A stretch of DNA of 64,000 bases from an uncultured Actinomycetota bacterium (GTDB lineage: Bacteria; Actinomycetota; Actinomycetes; Mycobacteriales; Mycobacteriaceae): the NCBI GenBank assembly GCA_963715145.1, contig CAVQRL010000002.1:143266-207265 (forward strand), read 5' to 3'. Each line of letters starts with the position of its first letter. Within the stretch, counting starts at the first letter, position 1. Shown one piece after another: positions 9,102-20,308 of this stretch. Made by a program: the position numbers and the translations under genes. The notes beneath the pieces are model-generated. The model worked only from the letters and a program-made list of their open reading frames with translations, did no database searches and had not been told where the DNA came from.

Positions 9102-9731
9102 ATGGTCGTTATGAACACGACGTGGGTTGTGGTTCTGGCGGTGTTGTGGCCTGCGCTGGGAGTGCTGTCCGGTGTGCTGATGGCCCGGCGCGGATACGAC
9201 CCGGCGTGGATTCTGCTCGCCCTTCCGCTGGGCCCCCTGTTCCTGCCGATTGCACTCGAGCGGATCCGGCGGCGTCCCGGTATCGCCGAGTTCGGGGCGG
9301 CGGGGAAACCGCCGACCCGAACCGTCGAGCGCACGGGGCCCCGGGTGCTGGTGGGACTGGACGGTTCCGACCATTCCGATCGGGCGCTTCAGACGGTCCT
9401 GCGGCTGTTCGGTTCCCGGTGCAGCCTGCTGGTCCTGGCGGAGGTCGTTTCCTATGACGCGACCGAAGGGGTGACGCGCACCGTGGTCGATGCCGCCGCG
9501 CGCCGTCTCGCCGACGTGGCGGCCGGGGTGGAAACCGTCGCCGCCGTACACACCGAGGTGCTGACCGGCCCGCCGGGCCCTGCGCTGCGGCGGTTCGCCG
9601 AGGAACAGGACATGGATCTGCTCGTCGTCGGCCGGCGCGGCGGGGGGACGTCGGTGTTGCTCGGCAGTGTGTCCGCTGACCTCGTCGAACACTCGCCGGT
9701 GCCGGTCTTGGTGATCGAACCGCCGCCTTAG
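9102..9731 (+). CDS. Membrane-anchored universal stress protein
   Basis: Two N-terminal hydrophobic segments, then VLVGLDGS...LLVVGRRG..LLGSVS..PVPVLVI. Confidence 0.82.
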   Translation: MVVMNTTWVVVLAVLWPALGVLSGVLMARRGYDPAWILLALPLGPLFLPIALERIRRRPGIAEFGAAGKPPTRTVERTGPRVLVGLDGSDHSDRALQTVLRLFGSRCSLLVLAEVVSYDATEGVTRTVVDAAARRLADVAAGVETVAAVHTEVLTGPPGPALRRFAEEQDMDLLVVGRRGGGTSVLLGSVSADLVEHSPVPVLVIEPPP

Positions 9732-10576
9732 ACGTCGCGGCCCGGGTCGGGCACCACCATCACCGGCCGGTGGCAGTGGTGCAGCGTGCTCATCGCCACG
9801 CTGCCCAGCAGGATCTCCCGCGCGGCCGATCGGCCCCGGGACCCCATGACCACCACGGCGGCGCCGCGGTCGTCGGCCGCGGCCGTCAGCGAGTTCGCGA
9901 CTCCCCGAGTGCGCCGGCCCCTGGCATGGCGGACGTGGGCGTAGCTGACGCGGCTGTCGGCCGGTGGTTCTGGCGTGTCGGCAGCGTCCTCGACGGACAC
10001 CGCGATGACATCCCGGCCCTCGAAGATCCGGACCGACGCCGCCAGCGCGTTGTGGGCGCCGGAGGACCCGTCCCAGCCCACCATCACCGGTCCGGCGGCA
10101 AGACCGCCGAACTCCGCCGACAGCAGCGGATGCGGGATGACCAGGACGGGCCGCGACGAGTAGTGCACCACCATGTCCGACACGCTGCCCAGGACGGCGT
10201 CGCTGCCGCCGAGACCGCGGGATCCGACGATCACCACGTCGGCGTCGACCCGGTCGGCCACCTGCACGATCGCGGGCCCTTCGGCCCCGTAGGTCTGCTC
10301 GATGATCGGTTCGGCCTCCCAGCCGGCGGCCCTGGCCAGGTGCACTCCCCTCGTGGTGATCCGCTGGGCCTCGAAATTGCCTTCCCGTTCCACCGCGTCG
10401 ATCAGGTCCTTGATGTTGCCGACCTGCTCCCGCAACCGGCGGCGAATCCGGTCGCCGGTGAACGGGGGAACCCACATGTAGGTGATCCAGCTGTGGACGC
10501 CGGGCAGCAACAGCGCTCCCGCCTCGATCGCCGCCGCGGACGCCGGTGAACCGTCGAACCCCACAAGTGCGCGCAT
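9728..10576 (-). CDS. Tandem-domain universal stress protein
   Basis: Two USP repeats: VGFDGS..VGSRGLG..LGSVS and VGWDGS..MGSRGRS..LGSVA. Confidence 0.9.
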   Translation of the reverse strand: MRALVGFDGSPASAAAIEAGALLLPGVHSWITYMWVPPFTGDRIRRRLREQVGNIKDLIDAVEREGNFEAQRITTRGVHLARAAGWEAEPIIEQTYGAEGPAIVQVADRVDADVVIVGSRGLGGSDAVLGSVSDMVVHYSSRPVLVIPHPLLSAEFGGLAAGPVMVGWDGSSGAHNALAASVRIFEGRDVIAVSVEDAADTPEPPADSRVSYAHVRHARGRRTRGVANSLTAAADDRGAAVVVMGSRGRSAAREILLGSVAMSTLHHCHRPVMVVPDPGRDV

Positions 10577-10650
10577 TTCTTCACACCCCTCGATGTGATG
10601 CGTCACTTCCAACGTACGGGTTTTTCCGGGGGTCGACGGGCCGGCGGTTG

Positions 10651-11874
10651 CTACGGCCCGTATGCGGCCAGATCACCGTCGCGCTGCTCGATCACCATCT
10701 GCCCGAGCACTGCGGGCATCACCGGTCCGGTGCCGGGCGGGTGTGACAGCGCAATCACCCGTTCGCGCGCACCGTCCGCCGGGTTGTAGACGCCCAGGCC
10801 CTCGGCCACCGGGACCAGCAGCCGCCCGGCCATCAGGGTTGCCGGACCGACGGGTGCCATCGGGCCGTCACCGGTGATGGTGAACCGGTAGCCCAGCTTG
10901 GTGTCGAACACCATCACCGCATCACCGGTCCACCAGGTGATTTTGTCGCCGGCGCGGGTGACGGCCGGGGCGGGCCCGGTCAGCACCGGCGGTGTGGCCA
11001 CCGGGGTGTCGGACACCTTGGTGCCGGTGTCGTCGTAGACGCTGACCTGTGGGCGCGGGACGGGCAGGTAGACCGCGGTGGTGGTGCCCGTGACGGCCAG
11101 CACCCGAGCCTCGGCGTCGATGGCCACTCCCGGCAGCGGGACCCGCTTGGTATCGGGCTCGTCCTCTTCCTTGGCCGGCTTGAGCAGCGTCAGCCGCAGG
11201 TCCGGCTCGTTGCGGCAGGCCTCCAGGACCCCGACGCCGCTTTCGCTGCCGGCGGCGGACATCAGCGCGCAGCCGGTTCCGAGCTTGGTGTTGACCGGTT
11301 TGACCGGTGCGTCGAGTTCCCCGTACGACAGCATCCGCACCAGATCCGAGCGCCACAGTTCCAGCCGGGTGGCACCGGCGGACAGCACCGCTCCGCCGTC
11401 GGAGGTCAGCACCACCACGTCGTCGGCGTAACTGGTCCGGGTCGGTCCGCGCTGGCCGGTGGCCGCCTTGATGCTGCTGACCTGCCCGCAGCCCCGGGTG
11501 TCGGGGTACACCGCGACGGCGAGGTCATAGACGTAGGACACCCCGCACAGATCGCGGTTGCGGGCGTAACTCCAGCGCTGCGCGCCGTTCTGCGGATCCA
11601 GGCCGGCCATGGTGCGGCCGTCACCGGTGACCACCGTGCCGCTCAGCACCACCGGGGACAGGGTGCGACGACTCGTCGCGGTCCAGCGCTGCTGCAGCGT
11701 GGTCGGCACGACTGATGCCGGGGAGGTGGTCGGGGCGGCACCGGTGGCCGGATGGAACTCGGTGGTGCGTGCGGAACTGCGCCACCAGACGCCGGCGATG
11801 AACAGCATCACCACGGCGGCTATCGCCGCCGCGGCGAGGAGGTCACCTCTGGTGCGGCGTTCCGGTCGGATCAT
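10651..11874 (-). CDS. Conserved membrane-anchored Ala/Val-rich beta-propeller-like protein (Rv3212-like)
   Basis: MIRPERRTRGDLLAAAAIA N-terminus with TM helix; position downstream of rhlE. Confidence 0.85.
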   Translation of the reverse strand: MIRPERRTRGDLLAAAAIAAVVMLFIAGVWWRSSARTTEFHPATGAAPTTSPASVVPTTLQQRWTATSRRTLSPVVLSGTVVTGDGRTMAGLDPQNGAQRWSYARNRDLCGVSYVYDLAVAVYPDTRGCGQVSSIKAATGQRGPTRTSYADDVVVLTSDGGAVLSAGATRLELWRSDLVRMLSYGELDAPVKPVNTKLGTGCALMSAAGSESGVGVLEACRNEPDLRLTLLKPAKEEDEPDTKRVPLPGVAIDAEARVLAVTGTTTAVYLPVPRPQVSVYDDTGTKVSDTPVATPPVLTGPAPAVTRAGDKITWWTGDAVMVFDTKLGYRFTITGDGPMAPVGPATLMAGRLLVPVAEGLGVYNPADGARERVIALSHPPGTGPVMPAVLGQMVIEQRDGDLAAYGP

Positions 11875-11878
11875 CGCA

Positions 11879-13387
11879 TCAGTCGGAGGCTGCGCCCGCC
11901 CCGGCGGCTTTGCGGGGGCCGCGGCGCCGGCGCCGGCGGGGTCGCCCTGTGCCGCCCTCGGATGCCGATCCGTCGGTCGAAGCCGTTGTCGCAGCTGGCT
12001 TTTCGGTATGCCCGTTGGAGCCCTCGCCTGCCCGGGTGCGCCGGCGCGACCGGTTGCGGGCCGGCCGGTCGGACTTGTCGGTGGAGGAGATCCGGCTTTC
12101 GTCCTTCGGCCGCCGGGCGCCCTGCGCCTTGCGCGCCGCACCGATCGTGCCGCCGGCCTCGGCCGGGATGCCCAGTTCGGAGTAGAAGTGCGCCGAGGTC
12201 GAGTACGTCTCGGCCGGGTCCGGGCAGTCCAGGTCGAGGGCCTTGTTGATCATCGACCAGCGCTCGAGTTCGTCCCAGTCGACCAGGGTGATCGCGATGC
12301 CGGTCTTGCCGGCGCGGCCGGTGCGGCCGATCCGGTGCACGTAGGCCTGCTCGTCCTCGGGGATCTGGTAGTTGATGACGTGGGTGATGTCGTCGATGTC
12401 GATACCGCGGGCAGCCACGTCGGTGGCCACCAGCACGTCGACCTCGCCCTCGCGGAACGCCTTGAGCGCCTTCTCGCGGGCGATCTGTCCCAGGTCGCCG
12501 TGCACGGCGCCGACCTTGAAGCCGCGTTCGGCGAGTTCGTCGCACACCTTCTGCGCGGTGCGCTTGGTGCGGGTGAAGACCATCGTGGCGCCGCGGCCCT
12601 CGGCCTGCAGGATGCGCGCCACCATCTCGATCTTGTCCAGTGCGTGCGCCCGGTAGGCGAACTGTTCGGTGGTGTCGTGGGTGGCCGACCCCTGCACGCC
12701 TTCGGCCCGGATGTGGGTCGGCTGGTTCATGAAGGTGCGGGCCAGCGTGATGATCGGGTCCGGCATGGTGGCCGAGAACAGCATGGCCTGGCGCTGCGCG
12801 GGAATCTGCTTGAGGATGCGCTCGATATCGGGCAGGAAGCCCAAATCCAGCATCTCGTCGGCCTCGTCGAGCACCAGCACCGACAGCCCGCCGAGCTGCA
12901 GGTGACCCTGTTGTGCCAGGTCCAGCAGCCGGCCCGGGGTGCCGACGACCACTTCGGCGCCCTTCTGCAGCGATTCGATCTGCGGCTCGTACGGGCGTCC
13001 GCCGTAGATGGAGACCACCGACAGCGGCCGGTCGTTTTCGGTCCTGAGGTACTTCGCGGCTCCGGTCAGATCCTCGAAGACCTGAATGCACAGTTCGCGG
13101 GTCGGCACCACGATCAGGGCACGCGGGGTGCCGTTGAGCGGGCGGTCGCCACCGGCGGCGGCTTCGGTGGTGATGCGGTGCAGCAGGGGCACGCCGAAGG
13201 CGAAGGTCTTGCCCATGCCGGTGCGGGCCTGGCCGATGAGGTCGTCGCCGGCCAGCGCCAGCGGAAGCGTCAGTTCCTGGATGGCGAAGGCGTTTTCGAT
13301 GCCCTGCTCGGCCAGTGCGCGGACGATCTCCTCGCGCACCCCGAGATGGGCGAAGCTGATGGGGGTATGGGTATGCAAATGCGTCAT
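11879..13387 (-). CDS. rhlE: DEAD-box RNA helicase
   Basis: ARTGMGKT, PTRELC, GTPGRL, DEAD, SAT, ARGID, HRIGRTGRAG. Confidence 0.96.
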   Translation of the reverse strand: MTHLHTHTPISFAHLGVREEIVRALAEQGIENAFAIQELTLPLALAGDDLIGQARTGMGKTFAFGVPLLHRITTEAAAGGDRPLNGTPRALIVVPTRELCIQVFEDLTGAAKYLRTENDRPLSVVSIYGGRPYEPQIESLQKGAEVVVGTPGRLLDLAQQGHLQLGGLSVLVLDEADEMLDLGFLPDIERILKQIPAQRQAMLFSATMPDPIITLARTFMNQPTHIRAEGVQGSATHDTTEQFAYRAHALDKIEMVARILQAEGRGATMVFTRTKRTAQKVCDELAERGFKVGAVHGDLGQIAREKALKAFREGEVDVLVATDVAARGIDIDDITHVINYQIPEDEQAYVHRIGRTGRAGKTGIAITLVDWDELERWSMINKALDLDCPDPAETYSTSAHFYSELGIPAEAGGTIGAARKAQGARRPKDESRISSTDKSDRPARNRSRRRTRAGEGSNGHTEKPAATTASTDGSASEGGTGRPRRRRRRGPRKAAGAGAASD

Positions 13388-13560
13388 TGATTGTCTTCCG
13401 TTGTCGTTCCTCGTACTTGCTGTCACGCGCGCACGAATGGGACTTCGAAAGATGCGGGCCTCGCGCCGAGGAGGCGGGCCTGCACGTGCACGCACATTGC
13501 CGGTGACCATCATACCCGCTCGGGCCTATTCGGCCGTTGTCGCCGACTAGAGTGACGTGC

Positions 13561-14247
13561 ATGGACGCGACCCGGGGGACGACGGAACCGGCGGCGCCGT
13601 CGACGGTTTCAGCGGACCACCCCGGCATCGACGAACTGTTCTCGCTGCTGGCCTATGGCGAGGTGGCGGCCTTCTACCGGCTCACCGAGGAAGCCCGGAT
13701 GGCACCGGATCTGCGCGGCCGGATCAACATGGCCCGGATGGCGGCAGCGGAGATGGCGCACTACGAACTGCTGCGTTCCACGCTCGAGGGCCGTGGGGTC
13801 GACGTGCTGCAGGCCATCACCCGCTACGCGCCGGCCCTCGAGCAGTATCACCGGCTCACCACGCCCAGCACCTGGCTGGAGGCGCTGGTCAAGACCTATG
13901 TCGGCGACGCGATGGCGGCCGATCTGTACCTGGCGATCGCCGGGTCGCTGCCCCCGGAGGTGGCCGACGTGGTGCGGGCCGTGCTGGCCGAAACGGTGCA
14001 TTCGCAGTTCGTGGTTGCCGAGGTGGTCTCGGCGGTGACGGCCAGCGGACGTCAGCGCAGCCGGTTGGCGCTGTGGTCCCGGCGGCTGCTGGGGGAGGCC
14101 ATCACCCAGGCGCAGTATGTGCTGGCCGAACACGACGAACTGGTGGATCTGGTGCTGGCCAGCGGTGGACTGGGCCAGGTGACCGACCTGTTCGACAGGG
14201 TGCAGCGCACGCACGACGAACGGATGCGCCAGTTGCGGCTGGCCTGA
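13561..14247 (+). CDS. Ferritin-like/MiaE-like protein (Rv3210c-like)
   Basis: LAYGEVAAF, EMAH, WLEALVKTYVGD; TAGAGT -10 at 13548-13553 implies a leaderless start. Confidence 0.85.
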   Translation: MDATRGTTEPAAPSTVSADHPGIDELFSLLAYGEVAAFYRLTEEARMAPDLRGRINMARMAAAEMAHYELLRSTLEGRGVDVLQAITRYAPALEQYHRLTTPSTWLEALVKTYVGDAMAADLYLAIAGSLPPEVADVVRAVLAETVHSQFVVAEVVSAVTASGRQRSRLALWSRRLLGEAITQAQYVLAEHDELVDLVLASGGLGQVTDLFDRVQRTHDERMRQLRLA

Positions 14248-14293
14248 TCCAGCGGCGACGACGATGCGGAGCGCCGCGATCGGGCCGGCCGAG

Positions 14294-14812
14294 TCAGCGG
14301 TTGCAGGTGGTGAAGGTTCCGTAGTCGGTCTGCGAGACCACCGTCTTACCCGCCGCGTCGGTGATCCAGCAGTTCAGCTGGCTGCCGCGGCTGTTGGCCG
14401 TCACGTAGTTCACCGGCAGGTTGGGGATCACGGTCATGGTCCAGGGCAGCGTGACGTTCTCGACGGTGCGCAGCGTGCCCGTCTCGTCGGCGTACACCAC
14501 GGTCACCGGGTCGTTGGGCCGCTGGTTTCCGTCGATGGTGTAGACGATCTGGCGCAGGTCCAGCTGCGGCTGCGCGGCGGACTTCGACTCGATGCGGACC
14601 GGGATCTCGGCGCCCGCCGTGACGGTCACCGCCTGCGGCATGGCCTGCGGGGTGCTTTCGCCGACGGTGGCGATGACGGTGCGGGGGCTGCCGGCGGTGG
14701 CGGCCGGACGTTCGATGCCCAGGACGCTCACCATTGCCGCGGCCGCGGCCGTCACGCCCAGGGCCGCCATCGCCAGCCCGGCCAGTCGGGCGCGTCTGTC
14801 CTCGATCACCAC
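14294..14812 (-). CDS. MmpS-like membrane protein (Rv3209-like)
   Basis: TM helix, then VYTIDG..VTLPWT..LNCWIT..C-terminal Cys. Confidence 0.78.
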   Translation of the reverse strand: MVIEDRRARLAGLAMAALGVTAAAAAMVSVLGIERPAATAGSPRTVIATVGESTPQAMPQAVTVTAGAEIPVRIESKSAAQPQLDLRQIVYTIDGNQRPNDPVTVVYADETGTLRTVENVTLPWTMTVIPNLPVNYVTANSRGSQLNCWITDAAGKTVVSQTDYGTFTTCNR

Positions 14813-14978
14813 GCCAGGCTAGGAAGCCGGCAGGGGCCGGCCGGCGCGGCGCACGCACCCGTTGTCATGCTGTTACCGCAGCTTGATGGCTTGTTTGCCA
14901 AACCCGCCCGGTTCGGCGCATCAGCGCCGCGGGGCGTCCACTAGCCTCACTGATGACGCTTGAAGGAAAGGGGCCGGT

Positions 14979-15215
14979 GTGGAGGTCAAGATCGGTGTCT
15001 CGGACAGTCCGCGCGAGCTGGTGTTCAACAGCTCCGATTCGCCCGACGTGGTCGAGCACGAGATCAAGACGGCCCTGGCCGACAGTGCGGTGCTGAGCCT
15101 GACCGACGACAAGGGTCGGCGTTTCCTGGTCCAGACCGCCAAGATCACCTATGTCGAGATCGGGGCGGCCGACGCCCGCCGGGTCGGTTTCGGCGTCAGC
15201 GTCCCCTCGGCGTAG
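14979..15215 (+). CDS. DUF3107 protein (TB9.4/Rv3208A-like)
   Basis: MEVKIGVSDSPREL..DDKGRRFLV..YVEIG..RVGFG. Confidence 0.9.
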   Translation: MEVKIGVSDSPRELVFNSSDSPDVVEHEIKTALADSAVLSLTDDKGRRFLVQTAKITYVEIGAADARRVGFGVSVPSA

Positions 15216-15219
15216 GGGT

Positions 15220-16002
<783 letters not shown>

Positions 16003-16020
16003 TTATGCCATCCTGGGTCG

Positions 16021-17048
16021 GTGACCAATGAGTCGGGGCCGGGCGGAGGCGGTCGCGTGCCGGTGCTGCAGGCCGAGTGGAATGAGCCGCTGCGCGCCCT
16101 TCGCGACCCGTTGGCCGAGGACACCGGGCGGCCCAGGTCCAACCGCGACGACCATCGCCAGGCTCGCAAACAGAGCTGGTTGGGACGGTTTCTGTCGACC
16201 TACGGCTGGCGGGCCTATGCGCTTCCCGGTGCTGGTGGTGCTCACCGGCGTCGTGCTCTACCAGACCATGGCCGGCACGGCGGCGCCGGTCGAGGAGGAG
16301 ATCGTCAGCGGGCCGCCGACCATCGGCTCGGCGGGCACCGCGATCATCGGGGCCCCGCCGCGCGGGCTCACCGAGTTCGACGCCAGCCTGCCCGCCGGCC
16401 AGCTGCCCGCGGGTGGCGCGTTCACCGAGGCCGGCGCCAAGACCTGGCGGATCATTCCCGGAACCTCGCCGAAGGTCGGCGAGGGCACGGCCAAGACCTT
16501 CACCTACACGGTGGAGATCGAGGACGGCATCGACACCTCCTCGTTCGGCGGAGACGAAGGTTTCGCCCGGATGGTCACCGAGACGCTGAGCAATCCGAAG
16601 AGCTGGACGCATAACCCGCAGTTCGCCTTCGAGCGCGTCGACGCCGCCGGATGCCAAGCCCGACTTCCGCATCTCGCTGACCACCCCGGTAACGGTGCGG
16701 GAAGGCTGTGGTTACGAGATCCAGCTGGAAACCTCCTGCTACAACCCGATTTACGGCGCCGACGCCGAGCCGCGGGTGTTCATCAACCTGGCGCGCTGGG
16801 TGCGCGGGGCGATGCCCTTCCAGGGTGACATCGGCTCCTACCGGCAGTACCTGATCAACCACGAGGTGGGCCACGCCATCGGCTACACCAACCACGAGCC
16901 GTGCGAGCGCAACGGGGCGCTGGCCCCGATCATGATGCAGCAGACCTTCTCGACATCGGACAACGACGCGTCCCGCTTCGACCCGGGATCGGTCCAGCCG
17001 GACAACAAGACCTGCCGGTTCAACCCCTGGCCGTACCCGATCGCCTGA
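16021..17048 (+). CDS. DUF3152 metallopeptidase-like protein (Rv3207c-like), two apparent frameshifts
   Basis: VPVLQAEWNEPLRALRDPL..FLSTYGWRAYA / TFTYTVEIEDG / YLINHEVGHAIG..MMQQT..FNPWPYP across three frames; +1 indels near 16225 and 16650. Confidence 0.85.
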
Positions 17049-17134
17049 CGACGGGTCCGCCGACGGTGGGCGCTATGGACACCGGAGGGGCGGATTTCGG
17101 CCATAGGCCCCACCCTCGGCGGACAATTGACCCC

Positions 17135-18303
17135 ATGCCGCTGCCGCCGCTGGTTCGCCCCCGCCGCGGAGCTGACCCCGTCGGAGATCGCCCGCTACAG
17201 CCGCCACCTGCTGCTGCCGGAGATCGGCGTCGCGGGCCAGAAGCGGCTCAAGAACGCCCGGGTGCTGGTGATCGGGGCCGGCGGCCTGGGTTCGCCGACC
17301 CTGCTGTACCTGGCCGCCGCCGGGGTCGGCACGTTGGGCGTCGTCGACGTCGACGTCGTCGAGGAGTCCAACCTGCAGCGCCAGATCATCCACGGCACCT
17401 CCGATATCGGCCGGCCGAAGGTGCACAGCGCCCGCGACGCCATCACCGAACTCAACCCGCTGGTGTCGGTGCGAGTGCACGAGTGTCGGCTCGGCCCGGA
17501 CAACGCCGTGGAGCTGTTCACCGAGTACGACCTGATCCTCGACGGCACCGACAACTTCGCCACCCGCTATCTGGTCAACGACGCGGCGGTGCTGGCTCAC
17601 AAGCCCTACGTCTGGGGCTCGATCTACCGGTTCGAGGGCCAGGTCACGGTGTTCTGGGAGGACGCCCCCGACGCCGCCGACGGCAGCAGGCGCGGGCTGA
17701 ACTACCGCGACCTGTATCCGGAGCCGCCACCGCCGGGCCTGGTGCCGTCCTGCGCCGAGGGCGGGGTGCTCGGCGTGCTGTGCGCCTCGATCGCCTCGGT
17801 GATGGGCACCGAGGCCGTCAAGCTCATCACCGGCATCGGCGAGCCGCTGCTGGGCCGGCTGCTGATCTACGACGCCCTGGCGATGACGTACCGGACCATC
17901 GCCGTGCGCAAGGATCCGGCCGCCCCGCCGGTCACCGGACTGGTCGACTACGAGGCCTTCTGCGGGACGGCAGCGGAGGCCGAACCGGGTATCACTCCGA
18001 CTGAGCTCCGCGAATCTGCTCGATTCGGGCGCCGTCGCCCTGATCGACGTGCGGGATCGGGCGGAATGGGAGATCAACCGCATCGACGGAGCGGTTCTGA
18101 TCCCGAAGGCTGCCCTGGAGTCCGCTGAGGGGCTGGCCCTGCTCCCCGCCGACCGCGTCCCGGTGCTGTACTGCAAGACCGGCGTACGCTCCGCCGCGGC
18201 GCTGGCCGCGGTGAAGAAGGCGGGTTTCTCCGGCGCCCGGCACCTGCAGGGCGGCATCGTGGCCTGGGCCCGGCAGTTCGAGCCCGACATGCCGAGTTAC
18301 TGA
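17135..18303 (+). CDS. moeZ: Adenylyltransferase/sulfurtransferase MoeZ (MoeB1), two apparent frameshifts
   Basis: RYSRHLL, VIGAGGLGS, SNLQRQ, DGTDNFATRY; C-terminal rhodanese YCKTGVRS..LQGGIVAW; indels near 17155 and 18014. Confidence 0.9.
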
Positions 18304-18350
18304 CGGCCTGTTGGCCTCTGGTTTCGCGAAGCACGCTCTACCCTGGCCAT

Positions 18351-19205
18351 GTGATCGACGAAGGTCCGCCGGGCCATGTGCTGGCGGCGTTCGGTGTCAA
18401 GACCGGCAACCCGGAGCCGCTGAGCGGAATCTGGGAGGGCGGCTGGCGCTGCGGTGAGATCGTGCTGTCGCTGATCGCCGATCACCCCAGGGCGGCCTGG
18501 TCGGCCAAGGTGCGCGAGACGCTCTTCGTCGACGGACTGCGGCTGGCCCGGCCGGTGCGCTCGACCGACGGCAGGTACGTGGTTTCGGGCTGGCGGGCGG
18601 ACACTTTCGTGTCGGGATACCCCGAGCCGCGCCACGACGAGGTGGTCTCGGCCGGGATCCGGCTGCATGAGGCCACCGCCGCCCTGGAGCGGCCCCGCTT
18701 CCTCACCCAGGGCCCGGTGCCGCCGTGGACCGAGGTCGACGTCTTCACCGTCGCCGACCGCGCGGCCTGGGAGGACCGGCCGCTGCACACCCTGCCGCCG
18801 GGCGCCCCGCAGCTTCCCGACGCCGCCGACCGCGGAGAGTCGGTCGAACTGATCACCCAGTTGGCCCGCCTGCGCCGGCCCACCAAGAGCCCCAGCCAAC
18901 TGGTCCACGGTGACCTTTACGGCACGGTGCTCTTCACCGGTACGGCCGCCCCCGGTATCACCGACATCACCCCGTACTGGCGGCCGGCCTCCTGGGCGGC
19001 CGGGGTCGCCGTCGTCGACGCGCTGTCCTGGGGTGAGGCTGACGACGGCCTGATCGAACGGTGGGACATCCTGCCGGAGTGGCCGCAGATGTTGTTGCGC
19101 GCGTTGATGTTCCGCCTCGGCGTTCATGCGCTGCATCCGCGGTCCACCCCGGAGGCGTTCCCCGGCCTGTCGCGCACCGCCTCGCTGGTGCGAATGATGG
19201 TCTAG
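18351..19205 (+). CDS. TIGR02569 family kinase-like protein (Rv3205c-like)
   Basis: AAWSAKVRETL..LARPVRSTDGRYVV..QLVHGDL; synteny. Confidence 0.88.
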   Translation: MIDEGPPGHVLAAFGVKTGNPEPLSGIWEGGWRCGEIVLSLIADHPRAAWSAKVRETLFVDGLRLARPVRSTDGRYVVSGWRADTFVSGYPEPRHDEVVSAGIRLHEATAALERPRFLTQGPVPPWTEVDVFTVADRAAWEDRPLHTLPPGAPQLPDAADRGESVELITQLARLRRPTKSPSQLVHGDLYGTVLFTGTAAPGITDITPYWRPASWAAGVAVVDALSWGEADDGLIERWDILPEWPQMLLRALMFRLGVHALHPRSTPEAFPGLSRTASLVRMMV

Positions 19206-19501
19206 GGCCGTCCGAAGTCATGGCGCAGGCTCAGCGGCACCCGGCCGTCGGCGGCCAGTACCCCTTCGGCCCGCAGCCGTGCCAGTTGCTCCGACGCCAG
19301 ATGCGTTGCGGGCCGGCCGCTGGACCGGATCACCCGATGCCACGGCAGATCCGCCGAGTCGGTCCGCATGATCCACCCGACGATCCTCGGGCTGGAAAGC
19401 CCTGCTGCGCAGGCGATGTCGCCATAGGTCGCCACCCGTCCCGGCGGGATCGCAGCCACCAGTGCCCGCACCTGCTCCACCTGTGCGTCGGTGACCTTCA
19501 C
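19202..19501 (-). CDS. Alkyltransferase-like (ATL/MGMT family) protein (Rv3204-like)
   Basis: IPPGRVATYGDIA; PWHRV in place of the catalytic PCHRV. Confidence 0.9.
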   Translation of the reverse strand: MKVTDAQVEQVRALVAAIPPGRVATYGDIACAAGLSSPRIVGWIMRTDSADLPWHRVIRSSGRPATHLASEQLARLRAEGVLAADGRVPLSLRHDFGRP

Positions 19502-20287
19502 CCGAGCAGTTCGCGGATGACGGCGGCGGTCTCAGCCGGCTGAACTTGGGCCACCATGTGCTGACTCGGCATGTCCACCAGCGTGAAGTCCGATCCCAGA
19601 TGCCCGGACAGGGCGTCGATCAACGCCTCGGTCACATACGGCGGATCCTGGAACGCCGCCCGCACCAGCGTCGTGCGGGTTCCCTTGTGCGGCAGTGCGA
19701 TATCGCGGGCCAGCTCGCTCCAGTACGCGGCCATCGCCGGAATGCAGACCCGCCATCCGTAGCGGCCGTTGGGCAACGCGATCAGGTGCTCGTCGAGGTC
19801 CTCATCGAGTTCGGTCGCGCGGCACGTCCGCCCATACCCCGGTGGACTTCTCGGTGCGCGCCTCGGCGCGGTCGGTGTAGTCCGGGGATTCCAGCGTGGC
19901 TTCGGCGATCTCCCGCATCCACTGGCCGTCCAGCGCCACCGCCGGGTCCAGCAGCACCAGGGCGGACACCAGGTCCGGGCACTGGGCGGCCAGGTGCAGG
20001 GCCACCGCGCACCCGAAGGAATGCCCGACCACCAGAACGGGGCCGTCGGCCTCGTTCTCGATCAGCCCGGCCAGGGCCGCGACGTTGGCGTCGATGGTCC
20101 ACGGCGCCGCATACGACGACCGGCCGTGCCCGATCAGGTCCGGGGCCAGCACCGCCACGTCGGGCAGATGCCGGCCGGCCAGGGTGTGCCAGCGCCGGCC
20201 GTGTCCGGTCAGTCCGTGAATCATCAGAACGCGGGCCGGGCCGGGTGGTCCGAAGCGGTGCACGTGCAGCGGCTGCATGGTCGTCAT
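19498..20287 (-). CDS. lipV: Alpha/beta hydrolase LipV, apparent frameshift near 19815
   Basis: IHGLTG, DLIGHG, GHSFG nucleophile elbow; continues TELDEDLDEHLIALPNGRYGWR..SQHMV in another frame. Confidence 0.85.
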
Positions 20288-20308
20288 CCTAGGAGTGCCG
20301 CGAGCAGC

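Noticed and set aside
16021-18303. Programmed frameshifting or true pseudogenisation in DUF3152 and moeZ
   Set aside because: No slippery heptamer or stimulatory structure evident; the same indel pattern recurs across unrelated genes, consistent with sequencing error
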